DNA from: Bdellovibrionia bacterium
Lineage (GTDB): Bacteria > Bdellovibrionota > UBA1018
DNA: 46,018 nt
Direction of reading: 5' to 3'
Assembly: GCA_045805065.1 (NCBI GenBank)
Contig: JBJMMA010000040.1
Coordinates: forward strand, 1-46,018
Shown here piece after piece: positions 35,992-45,672 of the stretch (positions are counted from its first letter, which is position 1; each line of letters opens with the position of its first letter). Below the pieces are notes generated by a model. The model worked only from the letters and a program-made list of their open reading frames with translations. It searched no databases and was not told the origin of the DNA. Made by a program: the position numbers and the translations under genes.

Positions 35992-37556
35992 GCGTTCACC
36001 AAATGGCGAAGCTGGCGCTTGGGAGTGGCGGACGGTTTGGATTCCTTTGAAGAGCCCGAAGGCCGCGACATACCCTTCTCTTTCAAGAATGCTGGAGTGT
36101 CCCGTTTTGTCCTGCCCTCGTGATCGAGAGAGTAATCTCGGATCAGCGCATCTTTGAGGCGCGCTTCGTCCACCTTCTTCTCGTCACGCAGATAAAGCCA
36201 GACGGACTCAAGAAGATTCAAAAGCGCAACGCCATGACCTTGAGGATGCTTCTTAGCAAGATAAGCGCTCATCTCGTCCATCTCCCAGAAAAGAGACGGA
36301 GCATGGCGCCTGGAAGCAAACTCGCTGACGATTTCCATCGTGTGCTTGAAGTTGCCGCTATTGGCAACAAGATCCCAGAAATGAGCAAAGCGGGTCATCC
36401 GCTGGATCGTTTCAAAGCTCATCGTTTTCGTACAAAGCACCTGATAAGGGGCATGCTCCTGATAGACCATCTCCCACTCTCGATCATGACGGATAATGGG
36501 CGTTCCGCGCAGGCGCTTGAGGATTCCGACCTGAACTTCATCAGGCTTGAGTGCTGCCACAGCGTCAAAGCCATCCGCAAAGCTTTCCAAAGTCTCGCCT
36601 GGAAGGCCCACGATTAGATCCGCATGCGTATGAACGCCAGTCTCTTGATTCAAGAACTCAAAGTTCTCTTTGATCTTTGAATAATCCTGCCTGCGCGATA
36701 CGAGGCGCGCAACTTCCGGGCTCCAGGTCTGAATTCCCACTTCAAACTGAAGCGATCCCTTGGGGAATTGCTTGATCAATTCCCGAAGCTCAAGCGGCAG
36801 GCGATCAGGAACCATTTCAAAATGGAGAAACAAACCCAGTTGGATGCGGTCTAAAAAGAACTTCAAGATGCGAGTGCCGGTTGCGACGCTCAGATTAAAT
36901 GTCCGATCCACGAACTTGAACTGGCGCACGCCCCGTTGAATGAGGCGATCCATTTCTTCCAGAAAAAGATCGAGATCAAAACTTCTGACCGATTTATCGA
37001 GCGATGAAAGGCAATACTCGCATTTGTAAGGGCAGCCGCGCGAGGCTTCGACATAGATCACGCGGTTATGAATGTCATGATCGCTATAGAGGGAGTAAGG
37101 CATGCGAATGGATCGAATTTCGGGCAACTCGCCTGAGATCCATTTTCGCTCGGGCCACTTCCCTTCAGAAAACCAGGCTCGACAAACGTCTCGGAACAGA
37201 AAATCCGCTTCGCCCCGGATCGTGAGATCGGCAAGCTGACAGATCGCCTGGCTCTCCGTCTCATAGCTGACCTCAGGACCTCCGAGCACCACCTTGATGT
37301 CAGGTCTCACGCGCTTGAGCGTTGAAACAACCTCCAAGGTCTGACGAGCGTTCCAGATGTAAACCCCAAAGCCGACCACCGATGGGTTCAGATTCACCAG
37401 CGCTTCCACGATGTCGCGCGGATTTTGCGCGATCGTGAACTCCATGATCTGAGCGCTTGGCTGAAGCTCTTCCAGATTAGCCAGCAGGTATCGCAAGCCA
37501 AAGGAGCAATGCGAGTAGCGAGCGTTCAATGTACTGAGGATGATCGAGCTTTTCAT
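35988..37556 (-). CDS. B12-binding domain radical SAM protein (DUF4080-type)
   Basis: LNARYSH, GFGVYIWN, LGGPEVS, ASRGCPYKCEYCLS, KFVDRTFN and DLIVGLP. Confidence 0.9.
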   Translation of the reverse strand: MKSSIILSTLNARYSHCSFGLRYLLANLEELQPSAQIMEFTIAQNPRDIVEALVNLNPSVVGFGVYIWNARQTLEVVSTLKRVRPDIKVVLGGPEVSYETESQAICQLADLTIRGEADFLFRDVCRAWFSEGKWPERKWISGELPEIRSIRMPYSLYSDHDIHNRVIYVEASRGCPYKCEYCLSSLDKSVRSFDLDLFLEEMDRLIQRGVRQFKFVDRTFNLSVATGTRILKFFLDRIQLGLFLHFEMVPDRLPLELRELIKQFPKGSLQFEVGIQTWSPEVARLVSRRQDYSKIKENFEFLNQETGVHTHADLIVGLPGETLESFADGFDAVAALKPDEVQVGILKRLRGTPIIRHDREWEMVYQEHAPYQVLCTKTMSFETIQRMTRFAHFWDLVANSGNFKHTMEIVSEFASRRHAPSLFWEMDEMSAYLAKKHPQGHGVALLNLLESVWLYLRDEKKVDEARLKDALIRDYSLDHEGRTKRDTPAFLKEKGMSRPSGSSKESKPSATPKRQLRHLVNA

Positions 37557-37651
37557 GTTCCGCCGGCAATTTAATCGAAAGGAAAAGCTTTTGCATCAGC
37601 TTAATGGCTAAACGTCGTCGTTCCTAAAGCGGCCTAAGAAAGGCGGGAGAA

Positions 37652-37942
37652 GTGGCTGATGTAAAAGACATTCCCCCTTGGGGAGAACCTGAGCGACAGG
37701 CTCCGCACAGGATCAGTGGAATGATCAAGCGTTACGCTTATACGATTCCTGAGCATCAGGCATCGCGCTGGATCCTGTTACTTTTCAGTGATCAAGTGGA
37801 TGCCTTGGAAAACCGGATCATGGATTCGATCAAGAATCCCTGGTTTATTCTGAGCGTAACGCTCTCAGCTGGAGCAGCGCTCTATTTAACAAAAACGCCT
37901 CAATCTAAGTTAATTCCAAACCCTGACGAGGTCGCTGCATAA
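37652..37942 (+). CDS. small hypothetical membrane-anchored protein
   Basis: GGGAG RBS with GTG start; SGMIKRYAY.IPEH...WILLLFSDQVD.LE; C-terminal TM. Confidence 0.6.
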   Translation: MADVKDIPPWGEPERQAPHRISGMIKRYAYTIPEHQASRWILLLFSDQVDALENRIMDSIKNPWFILSVTLSAGAALYLTKTPQSKLIPNPDEVAA

Positions 37943-37979
37943 GCTCCCCGCCGGAATGCTCCTTGCTCAAGCGAGGGAC

Positions 37980-40304
37980 ATGACACCAGCGGCAGCTCGT
38001 CTTCTTCGATATGCTCTCTTTGGCGCAATCACCCTTGCGATTGTTGCAACGCCTGGCTGCAACTCGCAAAACGATCGCACGAGCGAGCGACAGTCCGGTC
38101 AAGGGTCGAACTCCTGCCAGCTCGTTGAATCAGGAAGCGGTCCGACGGGCACTGACCCCGTTCATCTGGAAACCGTGGCGAACGGACTCGATACGCCCTG
38201 GGCTCTTGCCTTTTTGCCAGGTGGCGACATTCTGGTTACGGAGCGCCCCGGGCGCCTTCGCTTGATTCAAAATGGCGCGCTCCTCCCCGATTCGGTTCTT
38301 GAAGTGAGCGTCGCTCAAAGTGGCGAGGGTGGACTCCTGGGTCTTGCGTTGCATCCGGACTTTGCGAGCAATTCGTTTTTCTATCTTTATGAAACCGCTT
38401 TGAACGGAAACGGTTCAGTGAACCGCGTGGTTCGCTACAAGCTTTCTTCCGATCACCGAAGTGCGACGCTTGATCGAATCATTCTCGACAATATCCAGGC
38501 TGGAAGCGTTCACAATGGCGGAAAAATTCATTTCGGTCCCGATGGAATGCTCTACATCGCGACTGGAAACGCCGGAAACACGGATCTTTCTCAGGATCCA
38601 AATTCCTTGAACGGAAAACTTCTGCGCCTCACTCCCGACGGTCAGATCCCGGGCGATAATCCCCAACCCGGAAAAGCCTGGTACCTCAACGGCATTAGAA
38701 ACTCAGAAGGTTTTGACTGGATCAACCCATCGACTCTGGTTGTTGCCGATCATGGCCCTACAGGCGAGTACCAGGGTCGCTTGGGTGGTGATGAAGTCAG
38801 TATCGCCCGCGCTGGCGACAACCTGGGCTGGCCAACGATCTGGCACTGCGAGACGCAAGCAGGCCTTGTGACTCCTGTTCTGAGCTGGAACAACGCTGTT
38901 CCTCCAGGAGGCCTGGCCATTTATCGAGGAAATCAAATTCCAGGATGGAATGGAAACGTCATTCTTGGAACCTTGGGCTCTGAGCATCTTCACCGAATCA
39001 TCCTCGATGAGAATCGGAACGTCTCTCGGCATGAAGTTTACTTTGAGGGACAAATGGGAAGAATTCGCGAAGTCATCAATGGCCCGAACGGTGAGCTTTA
39101 TATTACGACCAGTAATTGCGATGGCCGTGGCGATTGTCCAAGCTCAGGAGACGCACTTTTAAGAATAGTGGCCGGAGCAAGTGCAGGTAGCCGTGGAACC
39201 GCGTCTGACTCCTCCCCTATCTTTGTTCAAGGAACTTTGAGCTATGGATCGGGCGCTCGAACTCATCAGAAGGATGTCGCGCTTCAATTCACTGTTTCAG
39301 GGATGCATCTTTTTGATAGCCCGGAGAACTCCTGCCCGGGCGATCCGCATATGCAGGGAGCGAGCTCCACATCTTCCACCACTGGAAACCAGGGAGAGTT
39401 TGCAGCTGAGATTTTACTGAACGAGATCACATCTCGAGTGAATGCAAGCTGCACACTTCAGAAGAATCTATCAGATCTGGATTCTCTGACGGTCGAGGCT
39501 TCCATGGATACCGATACCGAGAGCTGCACCCAGTTCTGCCAAGGCACTTTCAATGCAACAGGCGCATCCTGTGAGTCCCAATGCCTCACGGGCCAGAGAA
39601 AGCTCAGAGCGTCCAAGGTTTTTGCTCACGCTGACCTGCTTCAGCTCAGTGCTGCAAGCACCGGTCAAAATGCGACCATTCTGAATGTGCCTTTGACTTT
39701 GAATCAGCTGGGCCCCCCGCTCTCCACTCTTCATGGACCTGATCTTGTAGTGGATGGAAACGCCGCTCAAGCTACCGCACAAGTCAGCGTTGAGAATTTC
39801 GCTGCGGATGATTGCGCCGTTGTCGAAGGCTGTGTCGTTGGCCCGGGTCAGCACAAGCTTCTTCGCTTTGATGGCGTGATTCAAAACCTGGGTGACGCGG
39901 ACTTTGTCTTGGGAAGCCCCGACAATAATCCACTCTTTACCTACAGCTCGTGTCACCAGCACTATCACTTAGGTGAGATCATGCTCTACGAACTTTTGGA
40001 TCCAGTCACCAAAAAGCCCGTGATGGTCAATGGCGCTGCCGTTGTTGGCCGCAAACAAGGCTTTTGCATGATTGATAATGATCAGATCGCAGGCAGTTCC
40101 GAGGGTAAGTACGATTGTGATCTTCAAGGGGTTACGCCGGGCTGGTCGGATAATTATGATCACACCTTGGATTGCCAGTGGCTGGATGTCACGGGCGTTC
40201 CTCCAGGCAACTACACGCTTCGGATCACCGTGAATCCAATTGGCAAATATACTGAATCAAACACCTCCAATAATACCTCTGAAGTACCGGTGGCCATTCA
40301 GTAA
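37980..40304 (+). CDS. lipoprotein: PQQ-dependent sugar dehydrogenase beta-propeller fused to a lysyl oxidase domain
   Basis: Lipobox-like TPGC. GSDH motifs: PWALAFLP, TERPGRL, GEGGLLG..HPDF, HNGG.I.FGPDG, GIRN and GRIR. LOX motifs: PDLV, LLRF, CHQHYH, KQGFCMID, DNY...DCQWLDVT and ESNTSNN. Confidence 0.88.
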   Translation: MTPAAARLLRYALFGAITLAIVATPGCNSQNDRTSERQSGQGSNSCQLVESGSGPTGTDPVHLETVANGLDTPWALAFLPGGDILVTERPGRLRLIQNGALLPDSVLEVSVAQSGEGGLLGLALHPDFASNSFFYLYETALNGNGSVNRVVRYKLSSDHRSATLDRIILDNIQAGSVHNGGKIHFGPDGMLYIATGNAGNTDLSQDPNSLNGKLLRLTPDGQIPGDNPQPGKAWYLNGIRNSEGFDWINPSTLVVADHGPTGEYQGRLGGDEVSIARAGDNLGWPTIWHCETQAGLVTPVLSWNNAVPPGGLAIYRGNQIPGWNGNVILGTLGSEHLHRIILDENRNVSRHEVYFEGQMGRIREVINGPNGELYITTSNCDGRGDCPSSGDALLRIVAGASAGSRGTASDSSPIFVQGTLSYGSGARTHQKDVALQFTVSGMHLFDSPENSCPGDPHMQGASSTSSTTGNQGEFAAEILLNEITSRVNASCTLQKNLSDLDSLTVEASMDTDTESCTQFCQGTFNATGASCESQCLTGQRKLRASKVFAHADLLQLSAASTGQNATILNVPLTLNQLGPPLSTLHGPDLVVDGNAAQATAQVSVENFAADDCAVVEGCVVGPGQHKLLRFDGVIQNLGDADFVLGSPDNNPLFTYSSCHQHYHLGEIMLYELLDPVTKKPVMVNGAAVVGRKQGFCMIDNDQIAGSSEGKYDCDLQGVTPGWSDNYDHTLDCQWLDVTGVPPGNYTLRITVNPIGKYTESNTSNNTSEVPVAIQ

Positions 40305-40404
40305 ACCAGTTAAGACGCGGCGCAGAAACCCTGGCGAAACTCTAATATTTTTGACAATCCGGACCTGTCGGTGGATACACCATCGCTTCGGGGGATTGAT
40401 TCAA

Positions 40405-41274
40405 ATGAAAAGAGCTTTAGGAATCATTTGCGTTCTGCTCGCCAGCGCGAGCTCGGTTTGGGCTGCGACTGAGACGCAGGCTACGGCAACACCAACCAGC
40501 GCCACGGGACAAAACAGCGCCAATGAGCGTTCCGGCTTTGCGCTGCTCAAAGAAAAAGTCGGCGTGAGCTACTACGGAATCTACTACGGTCCTCCCGCAT
40601 CAGATCCTGGCTCAAGCAAGCAGATCAATGAATGGGGCAAGCCCACCTCGAATCAGTATTTCCTGAACTACCTGGGACTCAGCTACAAGGTCAGTAAAAC
40701 CCTTCTTCCGGGCATCACCGTGATGTCCACTTACACTCCCGTTCGCGGCCAGGACATGACCTTGCTCGATCCTTATCTCCGTCTGACTGACACCAAGCTG
40801 ATCAGCTCAGGGAACTGGAACCTCTACAGTGAGCTTCGCCACTTTCTTCCAGTGACGAAAGCTTCTCACAACGCTCACAAGATGAGCACGTTTGGAACCT
40901 TTCAGTGGCTGACCTACAACGTTCCCAACACACGTCTTTCGGTTGGTGCATGGGCCAAGTTCTATTGGACGGTATTCGGCTCGGGCGCCCTTCCAGGTGC
41001 AGGCGATGATTATCAAGCCTTTTTCCGCCCTCAGATGTTCTACACTCTGACACCGACCGTGGCTGCCTCGCTCTACTATGAAATGACCGGCAATCACACG
41101 CTCGGAAAGTCCGCTTCCGACTGGCATACGGGCTACACCAACTTACAGCTGGGAGCGATGTGGACTGTCGTTCAGGGCGTGACTCTGAATCCGTATCTGC
41201 TTTTCAATACGGGCGGAAAAGTCACGACCGATACGACCGCCCTTGGCGCTCAGATTTTTGCGACCATCCTCTAA
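40405..41274 (+). CDS. putative outer-membrane beta-barrel protein
   Basis: Signal peptide ending SVWA; Tyr/Gly/Thr-rich amphipathic strands and a hydrophobic terminal strand. Confidence 0.7.
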   Translation: MKRALGIICVLLASASSVWAATETQATATPTSATGQNSANERSGFALLKEKVGVSYYGIYYGPPASDPGSSKQINEWGKPTSNQYFLNYLGLSYKVSKTLLPGITVMSTYTPVRGQDMTLLDPYLRLTDTKLISSGNWNLYSELRHFLPVTKASHNAHKMSTFGTFQWLTYNVPNTRLSVGAWAKFYWTVFGSGALPGAGDDYQAFFRPQMFYTLTPTVAASLYYEMTGNHTLGKSASDWHTGYTNLQLGAMWTVVQGVTLNPYLLFNTGGKVTTDTTALGAQIFATIL

Positions 41275-41289
41275 AGGCTGACGCAAGAA

Positions 41290-42267
41290 ATGAAAGCCGT
41301 TATCGTACGAGCAGAAGGCGGTCCTGAAAATCTTGCCATTGAGCAGGTCTTGGATCCTGTCCCAGGTGCTGAAGATATTCTGATTCGCACGCATGGGGTC
41401 GGGCTCAATAATGCCGATCTTCTGCAACGCCGTGGACTTTATCCACCTCCTCAGGGAGCATCCCCTCTCATGGGGCTTGAGGTCTCGGGCGAAGTGATCG
41501 CAACCGGCGCAAACGTCACGCGCTGGAAAAAAGGCGATCGTGTGATGGCGCTGCTTGCGGGCGGTGGTTACGCTGAGCAGGTGGCCGTGCATGAGCGGCT
41601 TGCGATGCCCTTGCCGGATGGTTTGGATTACGTTGCGGCGGCAGGCATTCCTGAGGCGTTTCTCACGGCATGGCTTGAGCTTGTGACGTTGGGAGAGATC
41701 AAGGCAGGTGACGCCGTTCTGATCCATGCCGGTGCAAGTGGCGTTGGAACCGCAGCGATTCAGATCGTCAAAGCCCTGGGCGCAAAAGCTTACATCACTG
41801 CAGGATCGAGTGAAAAGATCCAGCGCTGCCTTGAGCTCGGTGCGGATCTTGGGATCAACTACAAGACTGAGTCTTTCGATGCCCGCATTCTGGCTGAAAC
41901 CGAAGGCGCGGGAGTAAACTGCATTCTTGACCTAGTGGGTGCAAGCCATTGGGAAAAAAACATTCGCTCTCTTGGGATTGGCGGAAAACTTCTTTTAGTC
42001 GGCCTGGGCGGCGGCAGAAAAGCCGAGCTCGACCTAGGGCCACTGCTCAGCAAGCGAATCACGGTGATCGGAAGTACACTCCGGTCGCGACCTCTTCATG
42101 AAAAAGCAGCGCTCGTGGAAGACTTCACGCGTCGAGCTATTCCACTTTTCACTGAAGGAAAACTCAAGCCCATCATCGATCAAAGCTTTGCCTTTGATCA
42201 GGTCATTGACGCGCATCGATATATTGAGAAACAGACAAATTTCGGAAAAGTCGTCCTCACTCTTTGA
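41290..42267 (+). CDS. NAD(P)H-quinone oxidoreductase, PIG3 family
   Basis: DLLQRRGLYPPP.GAS..GLE.SG, GGGYAE, HAGASGVG, GSTLRSR and FGKVVL. Confidence 0.93.
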   Translation: MKAVIVRAEGGPENLAIEQVLDPVPGAEDILIRTHGVGLNNADLLQRRGLYPPPQGASPLMGLEVSGEVIATGANVTRWKKGDRVMALLAGGGYAEQVAVHERLAMPLPDGLDYVAAAGIPEAFLTAWLELVTLGEIKAGDAVLIHAGASGVGTAAIQIVKALGAKAYITAGSSEKIQRCLELGADLGINYKTESFDARILAETEGAGVNCILDLVGASHWEKNIRSLGIGGKLLLVGLGGGRKAELDLGPLLSKRITVIGSTLRSRPLHEKAALVEDFTRRAIPLFTEGKLKPIIDQSFAFDQVIDAHRYIEKQTNFGKVVLTL

Positions 42268-42339
42268 GTATCTCGTAGACAGATCATCTCGGCGTAGGGC
42301 ATAAATTTGGCTACAAGGATGATCACTAAGGAGACTCTC

Positions 42340-42879
42340 ATGAATTCTTTCATGCGTCTTACCATGCTCGGATGGCTTTTAACTGTGCCTGCGCTTGCGT
42401 TCTCAAGCGATGCAGTGCCGCCTTGCATGGCGAAGGGTCAACCGATCCCGATCAATAATGCACAAGCCTTGAAGTGGAAGACGTCGACTGCAAATCAGTT
42501 CACGTCTCGTTCGCACCTCATGGGTCGTGTGGCTCGAGTCTACCCGAATCAATCTGACCATAATCATTTCTCGCTTCAGGTCGGACCAGGTCCTCGCGAT
42601 ACGATCGAAGTCATCTACAATATCGAATTTGGCCAACTTCCTCAGATAGCGATTGGAATGCAAGTGGAAGCCTGCGGCGATTTCATCAACTCATTTGCTC
42701 AGGCAGGCCCTTATCCTCCGTCTCCGGATGGAGCGATCATTCACTGGGTTCATTACAATCCCAACGGCAAGGGCCATGACTCAGGATTTCTGGTGATCGA
42801 TGGCATGCTCTACGGCTACCCTCATCAGTATCAGTTTCACAATCCGTATCAGTCCCCGTATCCGTACTACGGTCGCTAA
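42340..42879 (+). CDS. DUF3465-like secreted protein
   Basis: AAGGAG RBS and signal peptide; H..F.L, YNI, GAIIHWVH...HDSGFL.IDG..Y. Confidence 0.75.
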   Translation: MNSFMRLTMLGWLLTVPALAFSSDAVPPCMAKGQPIPINNAQALKWKTSTANQFTSRSHLMGRVARVYPNQSDHNHFSLQVGPGPRDTIEVIYNIEFGQLPQIAIGMQVEACGDFINSFAQAGPYPPSPDGAIIHWVHYNPNGKGHDSGFLVIDGMLYGYPHQYQFHNPYQSPYPYYGR

Positions 42880-42892
42880 GTCAAAGCGCCGT

Positions 42893-43825
42893 TTAAAAAG
42901 TCAGCTCGGCAAGCACGCCGTAATGATCCGATAAGTTCGGCTCATCACACACGCGCTTGAGTCCCACTTTCTTGAGCGGCACCTTGGCTTGGACATAGAT
43001 GCGATCAAAAATGTGAGGGGCGTCTTCCCAGCCTCGGCACTCGTCCTGGCGCTCAGTGGCCAGGCGAGCTGAGATTTCAGTGGCCGGGTTATTTTGCGGA
43101 TCCCAGGTGATCTTCTGCTGGGTTGCGCTGAGTTGAGCACAATCAATCAATCCGATCTCCCAGAGTGGCTCCATAGACGACGAATCTGCCTCACAATTGA
43201 AGTCGCCGCAAACAGCCAGGAGATCGACATCCTTTGAACGACGTTTGAGAGAGCGAGCCAGGCGCACAAGCTCTTCACGCCTTCTCGTGCGGTGATGATG
43301 ACTTACCTCGGTTCCATTGTGCAGGTGAAGATTAACGACCGCGATTTTGCGACTTTTCCACACTGTCTCAAGCAACAAAGCGCAACGCCGCTCTCCCAAC
43401 TGCATGAACAAGGGCACCCCAAAGGGCGTGTCCCATTCATAGGCTTTTCCCGAGAGGGTGATCCGTACGGTTTTTCGCTTTCGAAACGCCTTTCCGGTTA
43501 AGGTCAGAAGCCCGTCAGAAAGATGAAGTGGAAGTCCCATACTTCCCCATTTGATCCCAGCATTGCATCGCATGGCCGCGTCACGCATCGACAGTTCCTG
43601 CGCAACCAGCGAGCGGCGTTTCTCGATCGGGTTGATCTCTTGGAGACAGAAAATATCTGATTCTGATTTTCTGAGGCGAGTCAAAGTCTCCATCTGCCGA
43701 ATCCGTCTGAGCTGCGCTTCTTTTGAGGATTCGAGCTGAGGCATTAAGAGAGGGCCAAAAACCCCGTATCCATAAGGACTCAAAGCATGCCAGACGTTCC
43801 AAGTGCAGATTCGAAGTACATTCAT
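42893..43825 (-). CDS. endonuclease/exonuclease/phosphatase family protein
   Basis: TWNV, DIFCLQE, NLHL, CGDFN, FDRIY and SDHYGV. Confidence 0.88.
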   Translation of the reverse strand: MNVLRICTWNVWHALSPYGYGVFGPLLMPQLESSKEAQLRRIRQMETLTRLRKSESDIFCLQEINPIEKRRSLVAQELSMRDAAMRCNAGIKWGSMGLPLHLSDGLLTLTGKAFRKRKTVRITLSGKAYEWDTPFGVPLFMQLGERRCALLLETVWKSRKIAVVNLHLHNGTEVSHHHRTRRREELVRLARSLKRRSKDVDLLAVCGDFNCEADSSSMEPLWEIGLIDCAQLSATQQKITWDPQNNPATEISARLATERQDECRGWEDAPHIFDRIYVQAKVPLKKVGLKRVCDEPNLSDHYGVLAELTF

Positions 43826-43912
43826 CGGCGCCGATCTTATCACACTATCCATGCGTCAAGTTGCCGCACCTCCCCTCGCAGCCTGCGGCAGGTCAACGCT
43901 ATATTTTGGCCC

Positions 43913-44422
43913 ATGCAGATCCATCTGAGAGATTTTCGAGCCGTCGGGGCGCTGGCGTTAATTCATGTCTTTTTTATCTCGCATGCGATTGCAAGCCTGG
44001 GAGGCTCGATCGACTCCATCGAATCGGATCGAAAAGCGTTCGAGGGAAAACTCAGGTCCCTGACCACGACCGATTCTCAGAAAAAATATACGGTCCACGA
44101 GATCAGCCGCGACGGAACACAGATTTTTGAATACGCGCTGCCGAATGGAACTGTTTTTGCGGTGAGTTGGCGAGGTCCCACGCAGCCGGATCTGACTGTG
44201 CTCCTGGGAGACTACTACCAGGAGTATCAAGATAAATTATCCTCGCTCAATCGCGCATCTTCTGACGGACGCACGGCTCAGCGTAGAGGAAGATCCGCGC
44301 GGGTGATTCGCTCCAAGAACATGGTGATTGAACGCTCCGGTCATATGCGCGACATCCGGGGAAAAGCGTATCTGCCGAAGCTGATGCCAAAAGATGTCAA
44401 GCCTGAGGATCTTCATTCATGA
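43913..44422 (+). CDS. DUF2844 family secreted protein
   Basis: Signal peptide then LGG; EY...G.VFAVSWRGP.QPDL..LLG.Y and GHMR...GKAYLP. Confidence 0.85.
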   Translation: MQIHLRDFRAVGALALIHVFFISHAIASLGGSIDSIESDRKAFEGKLRSLTTTDSQKKYTVHEISRDGTQIFEYALPNGTVFAVSWRGPTQPDLTVLLGDYYQEYQDKLSSLNRASSDGRTAQRRGRSARVIRSKNMVIERSGHMRDIRGKAYLPKLMPKDVKPEDLHS

Positions 44423-45657
44423 AATCTCTCCCTGTGAAATCTTCTCTCAGCGTGCTTCTCATTTCTACTGCTCTTGGCCTCACATCTTGTGGCTCGGCCA
44501 ATAACGAAGAAAATCCGCCCAATCTTGCAGCTCCCACCACAGCTCTTCCTTACCTGAGGGCAGCAGGAAACAATGTCTTGCCGATTCAGATCGGTGGATC
44601 TTCCATCTGCGGACAAGGCGGATATCTGAATGAGCCTTGCACCACGGTCACTATTTGTGTGCCGGGCACCAATCAATGTCAGACGGTCTCGGACATCCTG
44701 GTGGATACCGGAAGTGTGGGGCTTCGCGTCTTCTCAAGCGCACTTAGTTTCACGCTCCCGAATCAGACCGATTCATCAGGAAAAACGACTGCTGAGTGCG
44801 CGCAGTTTGGCATTGGAAGCGATTGGGGGCCACTGGCCTCAGCCGATGTCATCTTAGGTGGAGAGCCCCGAGTGAATGTCCCGATTCAAGTCATCAACAA
44901 GGGATTTGCTCCACCTCCTACCGAATGCGTGGCAGCGGATACCGATCCTGCCAGCGCAGGGTTCAATGGCATTCTTGGAGTTGGCCCGTTTAACGAAGAT
45001 TGCGGAAGCTCGTGCGCCGCAAGCTCGGCCCTTCATGCATTCTTCAATTGCCCTGCCTCGGGCGATTGCACTGCCGTGGCCCTTCCCAACTCCGCCCAGC
45101 CTCAAAACATCGTTTCAAAGCTTCCGGTGGATAATAACGGCGTTCTTCTGGCGCTGGACCAGTTGGGAATCGGCGGAAGCTCTCAAGTGGGAGGAGCGCT
45201 GATTCTGGGGATTGGAACATCGACCAACAATGTGCCAAGCGGGGTCAATGCCTACGGCCTCGATGAGCAAGGCAATTTCACGACTTTGTTCCAAGGGCAG
45301 AGCATCCCCGGATCATTCATTGATAGTGGCTCAAACGGGCTGTATTTCCCGAACATCGCGAACCTTCCCATCTGTTCGGATGACACGCATGCCCCTGGAT
45401 TTTATTGTCCCTCATCCACCCAGGTCTTGAACGCAAGCAATCTTTCGGAGAGCAACGGTTCGAGCGCCGCTGTCGATTTTGCCATTGGAAACGCTGACGG
45501 TCTTGCGCAGGGATCAGGAACCGCCTTTGTCGAACTCGGCGGTCCTGCCTCAGACACCTTTGATTGGGGGTTACCGTTCTTTTATGGACGCGCGGTTTTT
45601 CTGGGGATTGAAGGAAAATCCTCAACCCTTGGATCCGATCGCTACATCGCCTATTAA
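44419..45657 (+). CDS. DUF3443 family lipoprotein (pepsin-like aspartic protease fold)
   Basis: Lipobox LTSC; ILVDTGSVGLR, NGILGVG, FIDSGSNG and FDWGLPFFYGR. ATGA overlap with the DUF2844 gene. Confidence 0.88.
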   Translation: MKSLPVKSSLSVLLISTALGLTSCGSANNEENPPNLAAPTTALPYLRAAGNNVLPIQIGGSSICGQGGYLNEPCTTVTICVPGTNQCQTVSDILVDTGSVGLRVFSSALSFTLPNQTDSSGKTTAECAQFGIGSDWGPLASADVILGGEPRVNVPIQVINKGFAPPPTECVAADTDPASAGFNGILGVGPFNEDCGSSCAASSALHAFFNCPASGDCTAVALPNSAQPQNIVSKLPVDNNGVLLALDQLGIGGSSQVGGALILGIGTSTNNVPSGVNAYGLDEQGNFTTLFQGQSIPGSFIDSGSNGLYFPNIANLPICSDDTHAPGFYCPSSTQVLNASNLSESNGSSAAVDFAIGNADGLAQGSGTAFVELGGPASDTFDWGLPFFYGRAVFLGIEGKSSTLGSDRYIAY

Positions 45658-45672
45658 GACCCGCGTCGGAGC

